IMG/VR virus record: IMGVR_UViG_2938983465_000007
Reading direction: 5' to 3' (one strand)
From: an uncultured virus (IMG/VR IMGVR_UViG_2938983465_000007)
Taxonomy: Duplodnaviria > Heunggongvirae > Uroviricota > Caudoviricetes
Length of the DNA: 64,000 bases
Part shown: in pieces, positions 48,066 to 57,641 of the stretch
How positions within the stretch are numbered: the stretch's first letter is position 1
Layout of the letters: the number at the start of each line of letters is the position of its first letter
Position numbers and translations under genes: made by a program
Notes under the pieces: model-generated
Databases searched by the model: none
What the model was told of the DNA's origin: nothing
Seen by the model: only the letters and a program-made list of their open reading frames with translations

Positions 48066-48965
48066 ATGTCCAGGCATGAAGACCTGCTGTTGCAACTCAT
48101 CCAGCGTGACCCCGACAAGATCAGGAGCATCCTGGGGCTGCCCGCTCCAAAGCCAGACCTGTCCTGGTACGAAGGAGCAGAAGTCTGGATCGAAGCGGGA
48201 CACCGTAGCGACAGGGGCGCGGAACTACGCATAGCCTTCGGGGGGCCACTCCCGCATGGCTATGCTGATTTCTGGATACCGTTCAGCGGACCGGATGGCA
48301 ACGCGCTGGGCTGGCTGCGCTTCAGCTACATCACCACGGTACGGGAGAAGTCTCTGTTCACCGCCTCTGAATGGCGCTCCGCAGGCGAACCTGCCCCGGC
48401 CGAAGAGAGCCGGCTGGATCTGCCGATGGACCCGCTGCCGGGAGGTTTCGCACCCGTGTCCAACAAGGGCGCGAGTGACGGTGCCGATCAGCACTCTGTA
48501 GCGCACAGAGCGAGCAAAGGGATCGATGAGCACCTCTTGGTGGCAATGGCAGATCCCAACGTGATAGCAGCAATCATGCAAGCAGCACGGGCCAAGCGGT
48601 TTGCAAAGCTCGCCCCCTTAACCACTCAGGAGTGGGCGACTGAAACAGAGCGAATGAAGGCTCAGCTTTCGCCTCCTGCGCAGGCGCTGGAGCCCGAAGA
48701 GCCGGCCAAACCGGGGCCCCTGCAACACATCGGGTTTTCAGGGCCTCAGCGTGTCCTGCTGGACCAGTTGGCGCAGTACTGGCTCAGGATCGCCGCAGTG
48801 TCGAAGCGCGAGGCTGAGGCGAACCCCAACCCGGACCGGAAGCGCGGGCTGGAGATGAGGTACATGGCGCACTACAACTGCGCGGCAGAATTACAGAATC
48901 TGCTCCAGACCGGGGAGCTTCCGGGCCATCTCGGTTTTCAGGTACTCGCGCAAAAGCCCGAATGA
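48066..48965 (+). CDS. Hypothetical accessory protein (299 aa)
   Basis: GAGGAG RBS before MSRHED; opposite to late genes, converges on repressor operon. Confidence 0.65.
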   Translation: MSRHEDLLLQLIQRDPDKIRSILGLPAPKPDLSWYEGAEVWIEAGHRSDRGAELRIAFGGPLPHGYADFWIPFSGPDGNALGWLRFSYITTVREKSLFTASEWRSAGEPAPAEESRLDLPMDPLPGGFAPVSNKGASDGADQHSVAHRASKGIDEHLLVAMADPNVIAAIMQAARAKRFAKLAPLTTQEWATETERMKAQLSPPAQALEPEEPAKPGPLQHIGFSGPQRVLLDQLAQYWLRIAAVSKREAEANPNPDRKRGLEMRYMAHYNCAAELQNLLQTGELPGHLGFQVLAQKPE

Positions 48966-49026
48966 CCAAGAGGCCGAGGGCTTCAGAATGACGTCCTTGG
49001 CCTTCTTCCACAGCGTGTCCTCACTT
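48891..49026 (-). pseudogene. Possible 3' remnant of a DUF2513-like gene
   Basis: DTLWKKAKDVILKPSASWSFGLLREYLKTE resembles DUF2513 C-terminus (recall); no start or N-terminal part. Confidence 0.4.
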
Positions 49027-49224
49027 ACCCAGCATACCCAAGAGCTGACGGTAGACTCCCTCGATAAGGTCGGGCAAGGGTGGAGTGCTCTCTCTTTCCT
49101 CGATGCCGAACCAGTACTGCTCTCGGGAGTCCAGCATCTGGTTTTGGCTAGTGACATAAGTCGTCACCAACTGCACAGCCAACTTCATGACTTCTCGCCT
49201 GGTTTCTTCACTGAAATCATTCAT
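49021..49224 (-). CDS. Hypothetical 67-aa protein downstream of repressor
   Basis: GGAG RBS; MNDFSEETRREVMKLAVQLV. Confidence 0.6.
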   Translation of the reverse strand: MNDFSEETRREVMKLAVQLVTTYVTSQNQMLDSREQYWFGIEERESTPPLPDLIEGVYRQLLGMLGK

Positions 49225-49243
49225 CACAGCATCTCCGTAATCA

Positions 49244-49684
49244 TCATTCGCCGCCTTGGCGTTTCTCTTTCGCACGGTCCTTGTGCGCCAGAGCACTCGC
49301 TGTGCTCTCCATGGCTCTCCGTCCTTCTTCATCTGATCCCCGATAGTTCTCGATCAGGGCCTTTTCTCGCTGATTGAGCCTGTACTCGCCAAGCGGTTCA
49401 GCGACGACTGAGTGTGTGACTGGATTGGTTTTTTCGGTCATATGTTGCGATGGCGCAACATATGCCTGATCAGTAGCGAGCGGCGCTCGCTGACCTGTCA
49501 ATACATAAAGAACATCAACTCCGGCCGCCGCAATGGCGGCCAGGTATGCGGCATCTGGATGCCGCTCATCCTTCTCGTAGTTGATCTGCGCGCGCTTTTG
49601 CACCCCACCGACCTCAGCAAAAGAGGACTGGTTCATTCCTTTCCTCTCGCGCTCTTCCCTTAATCGTTCGCCGATGGTGCTCAA
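49244..49684 (-). CDS. Phage repressor (XRE HTH)
   Basis: Probable TTG start; IGERLREERERKGMNQ...AQINYEKDERHPDAAYL; divergent from Ner-like gene. Confidence 0.88.
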   Translation of the reverse strand: MSTIGERLREERERKGMNQSSFAEVGGVQKRAQINYEKDERHPDAAYLAAIAAAGVDVLYVLTGQRAPLATDQAYVAPSQHMTEKTNPVTHSVVAEPLGEYRLNQREKALIENYRGSDEEGRRAMESTASALAHKDRAKEKRQGGE

Positions 49685-49699
49685 ATGATCACCTTTCGC

Positions 49700-49728
49700 T
49701 TGCAATGTGCACGAATGAACACCATAAT
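49700..49728 (+). promoter_or_regulatory. Early lytic promoter
   Basis: TTGCAA-17 nt-CATAAT upstream of Ner-like gene. Confidence 0.7.
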
Positions 49729-49780
49729 CAATCCAACAAAACACAAACATCATTCAGCAACCAGTCAAGGAGCCACCGCC

Positions 49781-49990
49781 ATGGCTACCCAGAAGGCACT
49801 GACCCCTGACCAGGTCAAACAGCGTTTCCGCCAACGCGGAATCACCATTACCCAGTGGGCCGCAGAGCATGGTTACAAGCGCAACGCTGTGTACCGCGTA
49901 CTCAACGGCTTCGACAAAGCCAACTACGGCCAGGCCCACGACATCGCCGTAGCCCTCGGCCTCAAGGCCTGCGACCCCGTCGCCGCCTAA
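49781..49990 (+). CDS. Ner/Cro-like DNA-binding protein
   Basis: LTPDQVK..F...GITITQWA...VYRVLNG...HDIAVALGLK; AGGAG RBS. Confidence 0.85.
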   Translation: MATQKALTPDQVKQRFRQRGITITQWAAEHGYKRNAVYRVLNGFDKANYGQAHDIAVALGLKACDPVAA

Positions 49991-50035
49991 TTCTTTCGCC
50001 TCCAACAACAGCAGCGAGGGACACCGCCATGTCCA

Positions 50036-50356
50036 TCAATCGTTTTCAGGCTTCTGGCCAGCGCCTGGCTGCTTGGGCTCGCCAGCAAGGCTTGGTGCCG
50101 GCATCAGTTGAAACCCTGAACGCCGCAGCAGCACCTCGGGTTCATCAACCAGCATCCCAAGCATTCGCTGAAACAGCACGTCCTGAAGCGAGTCCGGCTC
50201 TATCTGCTGGTTGTGCCAGTCCGCAAGTAGACGGGCGTACTCCGCTGTGTCCAGCTGCCCCGTCTTGCCCAGTGCCAGCACTAACGCCTGAAGCAGTTGC
50301 ATCACTCCCTCGATGCCTTCCAGAGCCCAGTCCCGGCCCGTTTCCTGTTCTTCCAT
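50036..50356 (-). CDS. Hypothetical protein antisense within early operon
   Basis: AGGAGG RBS; 106 aa with amphipathic helical pattern. Confidence 0.6.
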   Translation of the reverse strand: MEEQETGRDWALEGIEGVMQLLQALVLALGKTGQLDTAEYARLLADWHNQQIEPDSLQDVLFQRMLGMLVDEPEVLLRRSGFQLMPAPSLAGEPKQPGAGQKPEND

Positions 50357-50382
50357 CCGTCCTCCTAACGAGGGTCACCGCC

Positions 50383-51063
50383 ATGACCGATCAACCGCAA
50401 CTCATGACCGAGGAGATCGAACTGATCCCCCATCCCATGGACGCCTGGCGTGCCGCGCTCAACGCGCTGATCGCCTGCGCCCCTGGCGACAGTGCAGCCA
50501 TCGCCGTACACCTGGCCGAAGCCCGCCAGCAGGCCCTGGTGTTCGTCGATCGCACTGCTGCCACCGAGGGCACCCGCAAGTTGGTCGACCGTCTGATGCT
50601 GATCGGCGCTGGCCGTATCGTGGGTGATCGCCTGCAGTCACAAGCCGCTCCAGCAACCGTTGCCTCCCTAAACCGCCGCGTAACCGCCCGCATGACCGTA
50701 GTGGTCAACGGCACGGACTACGACGTATCCACCATGCCCGGCGTGATGGTGGGCGACATGATCCGCGTCGATCCCAACAACATGCCTCCAGCGCTCAATC
50801 CTGATGCTGTTCTCGGAGGATTCTTTCAACCTGGCCGGGTGTTTTCCCTGCCTGAAGCAGGTACTCCCTCAGGACCTGATCAGCCAAGTGCTCAAGGAAA
50901 TGAGCTACCTCCGGTTGCACCTGCAACAGATCGGCGTGGCGGCGCATCTCAGCCTGCAAACGCTGAGTGTCAATCACACCCTGCTGCTGCAGAAAGCCAG
51001 CCAGCACCACATACCCACGCTCAAGCGCCTCAAACCGCGCCGCAAAAGCCTGATCAGCCATAA
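50383..51063 (+). CDS. Hypothetical early protein (in-frame upstream start at 50029 possible)
   Basis: GAGG RBS before MTDQPQL; contains segment similar to transposase C-terminal region. Confidence 0.55.
   Translation: MTDQPQLMTEEIELIPHPMDAWRAALNALIACAPGDSAAIAVHLAEARQQALVFVDRTAATEGTRKLVDRLMLIGAGRIVGDRLQSQAAPATVASLNRRVTARMTVVVNGTDYDVSTMPGVMVGDMIRVDPNNMPPALNPDAVLGGFFQPGRVFSLPEAGTPSGPDQPSAQGNELPPVAPATDRRGGASQPANAECQSHPAAAESQPAPHTHAQAPQTAPQKPDQP
50795..51061 (-). CDS. Hypothetical protein antisense within early operon
   Basis: GAGG RBS; MADQAFAARFEALERGY, 88 aa helical pattern. Confidence 0.55.
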   Translation of the reverse strand: MADQAFAARFEALERGYVVLAGFLQQQGVIDTQRLQAEMRRHADLLQVQPEVAHFLEHLADQVLREYLLQAGKTPGQVERILREQHQD

Positions 51064-51188
51064 CCCGTACCTCGTTCTCGTTGGTGAATGTACCCCAACA
51101 GAGTGGCCATTTGGTAACGACATTGCCAAGGGCAAAACAGAGTTTTTGATTGGAAGCCGCCTCAGACGGCCCAAAGGAGCCCCATCCA

Positions 51189-51677
51189 ATGAAGCGTCGA
51201 AATTGGAAACACTGGGTGCCGCGCTCGCCAGCCGACGCACTGGACGGCTGCGCGCAGCTGGCCATGCAGCGCTACAACCGAGGAATCGAACGTTTGGCCT
51301 GTGATCACCTGGGCCAGAACAACCACAGTTCTCTCTATAAGTGGATCGGCAACGGCCGCCTGCCGCTGAGCCTGATCCTGCCGCTGGAGCACGCCTGCGG
51401 CCTGCCGCTGATCACCCGCTACCTGGCCGCCGCTCACGGCAAGCTCCTGGTCGACATCCCGGTTGGCAAGGCCTGCAACGCCAGCGACCTGCAGCAGCTG
51501 CAGGGCGTGCTGCACAACGCCACCGGCGCGCTGATGGCCTTCTACGACGGCAAGCAAACCGCCGAACAGACCCTGGACGCCATTCGCGCCGGCCTCGAAT
51601 CCCTCGCTTGGCACCACGGCAACGTCGCCCAGGCAGAAACCCCTCAACTGGACTTTGGAGTGGCTGACGATGAGTAA
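51189..51677 (+). CDS. Conserved hypothetical early protein (regulatory CII-like)
   Basis: AAGGAG RBS; SLYKWIGNGRLP...LEHACG. Confidence 0.7.
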   Translation: MKRRNWKHWVPRSPADALDGCAQLAMQRYNRGIERLACDHLGQNNHSSLYKWIGNGRLPLSLILPLEHACGLPLITRYLAAAHGKLLVDIPVGKACNASDLQQLQGVLHNATGALMAFYDGKQTAEQTLDAIRAGLESLAWHHGNVAQAETPQLDFGVADDE

Positions 51678-51930
51678 GGCCATCGACCTGCAGGCCCTGC
51701 TGCGGCGCCTGGACGAGCAAGCCTATGAGCAGCTCTGCGCCGAAGCTGCGCGTCTTGCCGAAGAGAACGAGTACCTGCGCACCGAGCTGACCCGCATGGA
51801 GGAATGTGCCGAAGGATGGTGCAACGAGGCCCAGCATCTCCACCAGCAACTGGCGGAAGCCACCGCTGGCCAGGCCGCTATCACCCAGTCCGGCGCCCTG
51901 ATCGTCATTCCGATGGAGCGCTGCGCATGA
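51670..51930 (+). CDS. Hypothetical coiled-coil protein
   Basis: GGAG RBS; coupled in operon. Confidence 0.65.
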   Translation: MSKAIDLQALLRRLDEQAYEQLCAEAARLAEENEYLRTELTRMEECAEGWCNEAQHLHQQLAEATAGQAAITQSGALIVIPMERCA

Positions 51931-52226
51931 GCACCAAACGCACCCACGACAGCGTCAGCCGCGCCCTGCGAGTACTCAAGGCCCTGCGCGGCCACACCCT
52001 CAATGGGCTGAGTAACGCCGAGCTGGCCAAGGCGCTGGGCGAGAGCCCGGCGAACATCACCCGCTACATGGACAGCCTGATCGAGGCCGGCTTCGCCACT
52101 CGCCTCGACAGCGGACGCTTCGCCCCGAGCATCGGCTTCCTGCAATACGCGATGGCCACCGCCGAGGAGCTGCAGCGCGGCGCCGCACGCATCAACGAGA
52201 TCCAGGCGCGCATCAGCGCCCACTAA
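51927..52226 (+). CDS. IclR-like HTH DNA-binding protein
   Basis: SVSRALRVLKAL...GLSNAELAKALG...ITRYMDSLIEAGF. Confidence 0.8.
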   Translation: MSTKRTHDSVSRALRVLKALRGHTLNGLSNAELAKALGESPANITRYMDSLIEAGFATRLDSGRFAPSIGFLQYAMATAEELQRGAARINEIQARISAH

Positions 52227-52283
52227 ACAAGGAGCAACACCCATGAACTATCGGAAATCGGCTGGTGATCGGAGGGTTGCCTG

Positions 52284-53240
52284 ATGGCTCGCAAATCACA
52301 AGCCGCTGTTGAACTGCTCGAAGATGACATCGAGCAAGGTCAGGCCCTGCTAGCCAAGCAGCACCAAATGGCCGCGCTCAACACCGAACACGACAATCAG
52401 GTCCGCGCTGTGGCTGCACAACTGGGCTATCAACTACCGGCCGATTGCACGGACCCAGACCTGATCCAGCGCGACATCGCCGCCAACATGCGCCGCAGCG
52501 TAGAGGCGTGCCTTGAAGTGGGGCGTGGGCTGCAAGTGCTCAAGTCGGCATGCATCCATGGCAGCTTTATCGAGCGACTGAATGCGTTGGGACTTGAGCG
52601 CACAGTTGCCTTCCGCTTCATGGACGCTGCGACCAAATTCTCTGCGCTCGGTAGCAACGCCACTTTGACGAAGGCCATTGACAGCCAGTCGAAGCTCTTC
52701 GAAATGCTCGTCCTGGAGGATGAAGAGATCCAGGAGCTGGAACTCACTGGCCAGACCGGCGAGCTGAGCATTGACGATGTGGCCACCATGTCGGTCAAGG
52801 AGTTGCGCAAGGCCCTGCGCGAGGCCCGTGAAGACAAGAAGGCCCTCGCCCAGGTCAACGCCGACAAGAACACCAAGATCGACGAACTGGCTGCTCAACT
52901 GGCGCGAAAGCCGCTGGTGGTCGTGCAGCCGATGGATGAGCAGTTGGCCGAACGACGCGAAGAACTCGCCACCAAGGCCACCGCGGCCGAAGCCGCCATT
53001 GCCGGCGCACTGCATCCAGCCGTGCAACTGCTGGTCGAGAAAGGCGAAGAGTCCGGGCAAGACCAGCGTCCGATCATCGCCGGCATGCTCGCCCAGGTAG
53101 AGCGGGCACTGCTGCAAATCCGCGCTGAATACAACATCCCCGCCACGCCGTCCGCCAGTGCCACGCCGACCTGGATGGCTGATGACAGCGAGGAGGCGGT
53201 GAAGGCCGCGTTGGCCGAAGCCGCCAAGCAGGGTGAGTAA
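52284..53240 (+). CDS. DUF3102-like protein
   Basis: EVGRGLQVLK...HGSFIERL...RTVAFRFM; precedes transposase. Confidence 0.75.
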   Translation: MARKSQAAVELLEDDIEQGQALLAKQHQMAALNTEHDNQVRAVAAQLGYQLPADCTDPDLIQRDIAANMRRSVEACLEVGRGLQVLKSACIHGSFIERLNALGLERTVAFRFMDAATKFSALGSNATLTKAIDSQSKLFEMLVLEDEEIQELELTGQTGELSIDDVATMSVKELRKALREAREDKKALAQVNADKNTKIDELAAQLARKPLVVVQPMDEQLAERREELATKATAAEAAIAGALHPAVQLLVEKGEESGQDQRPIIAGMLAQVERALLQIRAEYNIPATPSASATPTWMADDSEEAVKAALAEAAKQGE

Positions 53241-55023
53241 GCCTATGAGCGCCGTGATGACTCAACGCCTCGTTGCCCTGGCACACGAGCTGGATCGCTC
53301 CACCGCGAGCAGAACAGAGCTGTGCCAAGCGGCTGCGGACGATCTGCGCATCTCCCTGGCGACTCTGTACCGGAAATTGAAGGAGGTCACTGTGACCCAG
53401 CCCCGAAAGAAGCGGGTCGATGCCGGCACCTCAGCGTTGACTCGCGATGAGGCGGAGCTACTCAGTACCACGCTGATCCGCTCCATCCGCGATAACGACA
53501 AGCAACTCAGCACCCTGGAGCGCGCCGTCGAGCGTCTTCGCAACAACGGCAAGATCGTCGCAGGCTCTGTGGATCACCGTACTGGTGAAGTCACGCTCAT
53601 GTCGCTCAGCGCTATAGGCCGGGCCTTGCGTGCCTATGGCTTGCACCCTGAGCAACTACTGCGCCCGGCCCCAGCGGTCGAGTTGGTCAGTCTGCATCCC
53701 AACCACGTCTGGCAGATCGACGCCTCGATCTCCACTCAGTTCTACCTGGCCAATGACGGCGCGCGCGCCATGAATAAGGCCGAGTTCTACGACGGCAAGC
53801 CAGAGAATCTCAAGCGCATCGAGAAACAGCGCCTATGGCGTTACGTCATCACGGACCACACCAGCGGTACCCTGTACGTGCATTACGTGCTCGGCGCTGA
53901 AAGCGCGGAGAACCTCTGCCATGTACTGATCAGCGCGATGGTCAAGCGTGGTGATACCGACCCGTTCCATGGCGTGCCCTTCATGATCATGACCGACCCC
54001 GGTGCGGCCATGACCTCCTCGATGTTCCGCAACCTGTGTCGCGCCCTGGGCATCGAACTGATCATCAACAAAGTCGGTAACGCACGCGCCAAGGGCCAGG
54101 TCGAGCAGGCCCACAACATCGTCGAGCGTGAGTTTGAAAGTGGCCTGCAACTGATGCAGAAACCGCGCACTCTGGACGAGATCAACGGGCTGGCCGGACG
54201 CTGGATGCGGCACTACAACGCCACCGCCATCCACACCCGACATCACCGCACTCGCTACGCGGCCTGGATGACGATCAAGCCTGAGCAACTGCGCATTGCA
54301 CCGCCTGCAGAGACGATGCGCGAACTGGCCATTGCCGCACCGGAGAAACGCAAGGTTTCTGCCCGGCTGCGGGTGCCGTTCCGCGGCGCCGAATACGACG
54401 TATCCGTTATCCAGCACTTGCAGGTCGGTGACCAGGTGCTGGTTACCCGCAACCCGTTCCGCGATGCGGATAGCGCTCAGGTTGTGCTTGTTGGAGACGA
54501 CGGCCGCGAGCACTACCAGGTGGTCGAGCGTGTTGAGCGTGACGACAACGGGTTCGCGGCTAACGCTGCCACTCGCCGGGTGATTGGCGAAGAGTACCGA
54601 GCCTTGCCAGAGACCGCCGCGCAGAAGGACCGCAAGCACCTGGACCAGCTCGCCACCGGCACCAGCTCGGTCACGGAGGCAGAAAAGGCGATCAGGTCGC
54701 GAGCAGTGCCGTTCAACGGCGAGATCGATCCGTTCAAGGAACAGGCCAACACCGTGTTGCCAACCTACCTGCCCAAGCGCGGTACCGAACTGGAGACTCG
54801 CGTCACCGTGGCTGGCTTGGCCTCGGTCGAGCTGAAACCACTGAACCGCATCGAGCTAGCCAAGGCGCTGCGCGCACGTATGGGTACAGCCTGGACACCA
54901 GCATCCATGGAGTGGCTCAAGACCAACTACCCGGACGGCGCTATGGAGGAGCAACTCGACAGCATCGTTCAGCAGTTGCAGGCACCTGCACGCCCAAGCC
55001 TGCGCCTGGTAGGGGGTGAGTAA
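53233..55023 (+). CDS. DDE transposase (MuA-like)
   Basis: WQIDAS, MTDPG, AKGQVE catalytic D-D-E; N-terminal HTH. Confidence 0.92.
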   Translation: MSKPMSAVMTQRLVALAHELDRSTASRTELCQAAADDLRISLATLYRKLKEVTVTQPRKKRVDAGTSALTRDEAELLSTTLIRSIRDNDKQLSTLERAVERLRNNGKIVAGSVDHRTGEVTLMSLSAIGRALRAYGLHPEQLLRPAPAVELVSLHPNHVWQIDASISTQFYLANDGARAMNKAEFYDGKPENLKRIEKQRLWRYVITDHTSGTLYVHYVLGAESAENLCHVLISAMVKRGDTDPFHGVPFMIMTDPGAAMTSSMFRNLCRALGIELIINKVGNARAKGQVEQAHNIVEREFESGLQLMQKPRTLDEINGLAGRWMRHYNATAIHTRHHRTRYAAWMTIKPEQLRIAPPAETMRELAIAAPEKRKVSARLRVPFRGAEYDVSVIQHLQVGDQVLVTRNPFRDADSAQVVLVGDDGREHYQVVERVERDDNGFAANAATRRVIGEEYRALPETAAQKDRKHLDQLATGTSSVTEAEKAIRSRAVPFNGEIDPFKEQANTVLPTYLPKRGTELETRVTVAGLASVELKPLNRIELAKALRARMGTAWTPASMEWLKTNYPDGAMEEQLDSIVQQLQAPARPSLRLVGGE

Positions 55024-56192
55024 TGCTGCGTCTGAAGGAAGTACTCGCAACCCTCAGCCTTGGCCAGGCTGATCTGGCCAGGGCGATGAAGCTCAGCCCG
55101 GCAGCCATCGCTCAGTTGGTCAATCACGACCAGTGGCCCAAGTCCATCGACAAGCAGGAGCTGTGGGGCCGTATGGCCGACTGGCTCTATGACGTTGGTG
55201 CGCAAGACGGCGACATCGCCGCCTTGGAAGAAGAAGTGGAGTCGCCGCGCGCCAACGCGGCGACTCCTGCAACCCCGGAAACCAATCACGAAAACCAGGA
55301 GTGCCCCGACATGCTAATGGCAAAACAATCCCTGCGGCCAGACACCAAGCGCGCCTTCGGCGTGATGGTCGACCCGTTTGGCGATCTACGCTGCGCCGAA
55401 GACATGTATTTCAGCGGCGATATTCGCTACATCCGCGAATCGATGTACCAAACCGCACGCCATGACGGCTTCCTCGCCATCGTGGGCGAGTCCGGTGCCG
55501 GCAAGAGCACTCTGCGTCGCGATCTGACCCACCGTCTTCGCAACGAGCCGGTCATAACCATCGACCCCTTCGTGGTTGGCATGGAGGCCAACGACATCAA
55601 GGGCAAGACCCTGAAAGCGACTCACATCGCAGAAGCCATCATGTATGCCGTGGCACCGCTGGAAACACCTAAGTCCAGCCCCGAAGCTCGCTTCCGCCAG
55701 GTCCACACCTGCCTCAAGAACTCATACGCCGCCGGCAACCGTCATGTCGTGATCATAGAAGAGGCGCACTCGATCCCGACCCAGACCCTCAACCACCTCA
55801 AGCGCATGCGCGATCAGTTCGAGGACGGATTTGACAAGCTGCTCAGCATCATCCTGATCGGTCAGCCCGAACTGCTCATCAAGCTGTCGCCACGCAACGC
55901 CGACGTGCGCGAAGTAGCCCAGCGGGTCGAGATCGCCATCTTGCCGGCCATCCCCTCGGGTGATGTAGAGCAGCACCTGGCATTTCGTGTCGGACGCGCC
56001 GGCAAGAAGCTGGACGAACTGATCGACCAGGGTGGCATCCACGCCATCGTTGAACGCCTCGCCAGCTCCGGCAAGGACGGAACCAGCCAGCTCTATCCGT
56101 TGGCGATCGGAAACCTCTTCAACGCAGCGCTGAACCTGGCTGCCGAGATCGGTGAAAGCCGCATTACCGCTGATGTGGTCAAGGGGGTGTGA
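55023..56192 (+). CDS. Transposition AAA ATPase (MuB/ExeA-like) with N-terminal HTH
   Basis: GESGAGKS, IIEEAH, LIGQPEL. Confidence 0.92.
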   Translation: MLRLKEVLATLSLGQADLARAMKLSPAAIAQLVNHDQWPKSIDKQELWGRMADWLYDVGAQDGDIAALEEEVESPRANAATPATPETNHENQECPDMLMAKQSLRPDTKRAFGVMVDPFGDLRCAEDMYFSGDIRYIRESMYQTARHDGFLAIVGESGAGKSTLRRDLTHRLRNEPVITIDPFVVGMEANDIKGKTLKATHIAEAIMYAVAPLETPKSSPEARFRQVHTCLKNSYAAGNRHVVIIEEAHSIPTQTLNHLKRMRDQFEDGFDKLLSIILIGQPELLIKLSPRNADVREVAQRVEIAILPAIPSGDVEQHLAFRVGRAGKKLDELIDQGGIHAIVERLASSGKDGTSQLYPLAIGNLFNAALNLAAEIGESRITADVVKGV

Positions 56193-56193
56193 G

Positions 56194-56535
56194 ATGAACG
56201 TCGTACCGATCACTGGCCGCCGCCCTGAAGAGCATCCGAAAGCTACCCATCTGCCGCTCTGCACCGTGCTGACGCCAGAGCTGGCCCGCTGCCTGGAGGC
56301 CGTCAACAGCGCCACCCGCGCCTTGCGTCAGGCGCGCATTCCGATTGAGCAGACGTCGGTGCTCGATCGCCGCCTGTTCATCCGCGAAGAGGATTCGCTG
56401 CGGCTGCACCGCCACTTCCGCAAAGCCATCCGCGGCATTCGCCAGACCACTTACGGGATGGTCACCGTCCATGTCGTCAGCCTGCTCGACGTCGACGTGG
56501 CCTGGACGACCCCGGTGAAGGAGCAGGATCAATGA
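56194..56535 (+). CDS. Hypothetical phage protein
   Basis: Coupled in early operon. Confidence 0.65.
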   Translation: MNVVPITGRRPEEHPKATHLPLCTVLTPELARCLEAVNSATRALRQARIPIEQTSVLDRRLFIREEDSLRLHRHFRKAIRGIRQTTYGMVTVHVVSLLDVDVAWTTPVKEQDQ

Positions 56536-56837
56536 CCGTCATCACCCATGCTTACACCCCGCTGATGGACGTTGATGCCATGAGCGAGGAGGACTGCCGC
56601 CTGGCCCTGAAGGATGTTCTGCGCGATGGGTTCGCTAAGGACCAGCAAATGGTCGAGCTGAAGACCATCAACCACACGCTGAATCAGCAGCTCAATCACG
56701 CGAACAACATCTTGATCAAGCTGGCGGAGTTGAAGCTGGCCTATCAACACGAGGCGTATGAAGCCGAGCTGGAGCAGTTGGCCGCTTACTACCTGCACCT
56801 CAAGGCCGAGCAGCAGACTGCTGGGAGGGTGCACTGA
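56532..56837 (+). CDS. Hypothetical coiled-coil protein
   Basis: AAGGAG RBS; ATGA overlap. Confidence 0.7.
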   Translation: MTVITHAYTPLMDVDAMSEEDCRLALKDVLRDGFAKDQQMVELKTINHTLNQQLNHANNILIKLAELKLAYQHEAYEAELEQLAAYYLHLKAEQQTAGRVH

Positions 56838-57448
56838 TGAACAACGACACACAGCGGAACCAGTGCGATGGCTGCCAGGCCGGCGTGCCGCTGGAGAACG
56901 GCAAACACCGAATGGGACGTCCTGGTGGCTACCCCGACCTCATGAGCTGCACAGCCCATCTCTATGGGGCGCCGCAAGTACAGCCTGTGGCATGGGCCAT
57001 TTTCGACGGCGCCTGGATCTCGGACCACACGGCTGATCCAAACCGAGCGGAGCAATGGGCTGAGGATGGCAAGAACGTGATCGCTCTTTTCGCGATGCCG
57101 GTCCAGCAGCCGGTATCTGCTTTCGCTCGGGATGTGCTGGCAGAACGGCAGCGACAGATCCGACAGGAAGGCTTCAGCCCCGACCATGACGCTGAGCACC
57201 GAGGCGGTGAACTAGCGCTGGCTGCTACCTGCTACGCCGACGAAGCCGTTACGCAGATCTGCCAGCCAGAACGAGAACCGTGCCTGACGCAACTGGTGCC
57301 GGGCTGGTGGCCGTTCGAGCCATCCTGGTGGAAACCCAGCCTGGACGTTCGAAAGAACCTAGTGAAGGCCACGGCGCTGCTCCTCGCACAGGGTGACGCG
57401 CTCGACCTGCAGATTGATACCGAGCTGGAGGGACGTCCCCATGGCTGA
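56837..57448 (+). CDS. Hypothetical protein with ERQRQ..EGF.PDHD domain
   Basis: GGAGG RBS; C-terminal domain also seen in 12595-13809. Confidence 0.7.
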   Translation: MNNDTQRNQCDGCQAGVPLENGKHRMGRPGGYPDLMSCTAHLYGAPQVQPVAWAIFDGAWISDHTADPNRAEQWAEDGKNVIALFAMPVQQPVSAFARDVLAERQRQIRQEGFSPDHDAEHRGGELALAATCYADEAVTQICQPEREPCLTQLVPGWWPFEPSWWKPSLDVRKNLVKATALLLAQGDALDLQIDTELEGRPHG

Positions 57449-57641
57449 TGTTCTGGAAATCGACTGCCCCGCGTGCAGCACTCCGTACCCCGAAATCACC
57501 GCAGGCTCTGCAGCTCATGACCCGAGCCTGATCGAGCTGGTGATCACCTGCAGCAACTGCGGACACATCCTGAATGCGTTCGTCTCTCTGGCTGAGATGA
57601 GCGTTGTACCGAATCCCGAAGAGGAAACACCCCATGGCTGA
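57441..57641 (+). CDS. Small zinc-ribbon protein
   Basis: CPAC...CSNCGH; GGAGG RBS. Confidence 0.65.
   Translation: MADVLEIDCPACSTPYPEITAGSAAHDPSLIELVITCSNCGHILNAFVSLAEMSVVPNPEEETPHG

Noticed and set aside
49855..50028. Start of the 402-aa ORF in the track
   Set aside because: Overlaps the Ner-like gene in another frame; RBS-supported starts are 50029 and 50383
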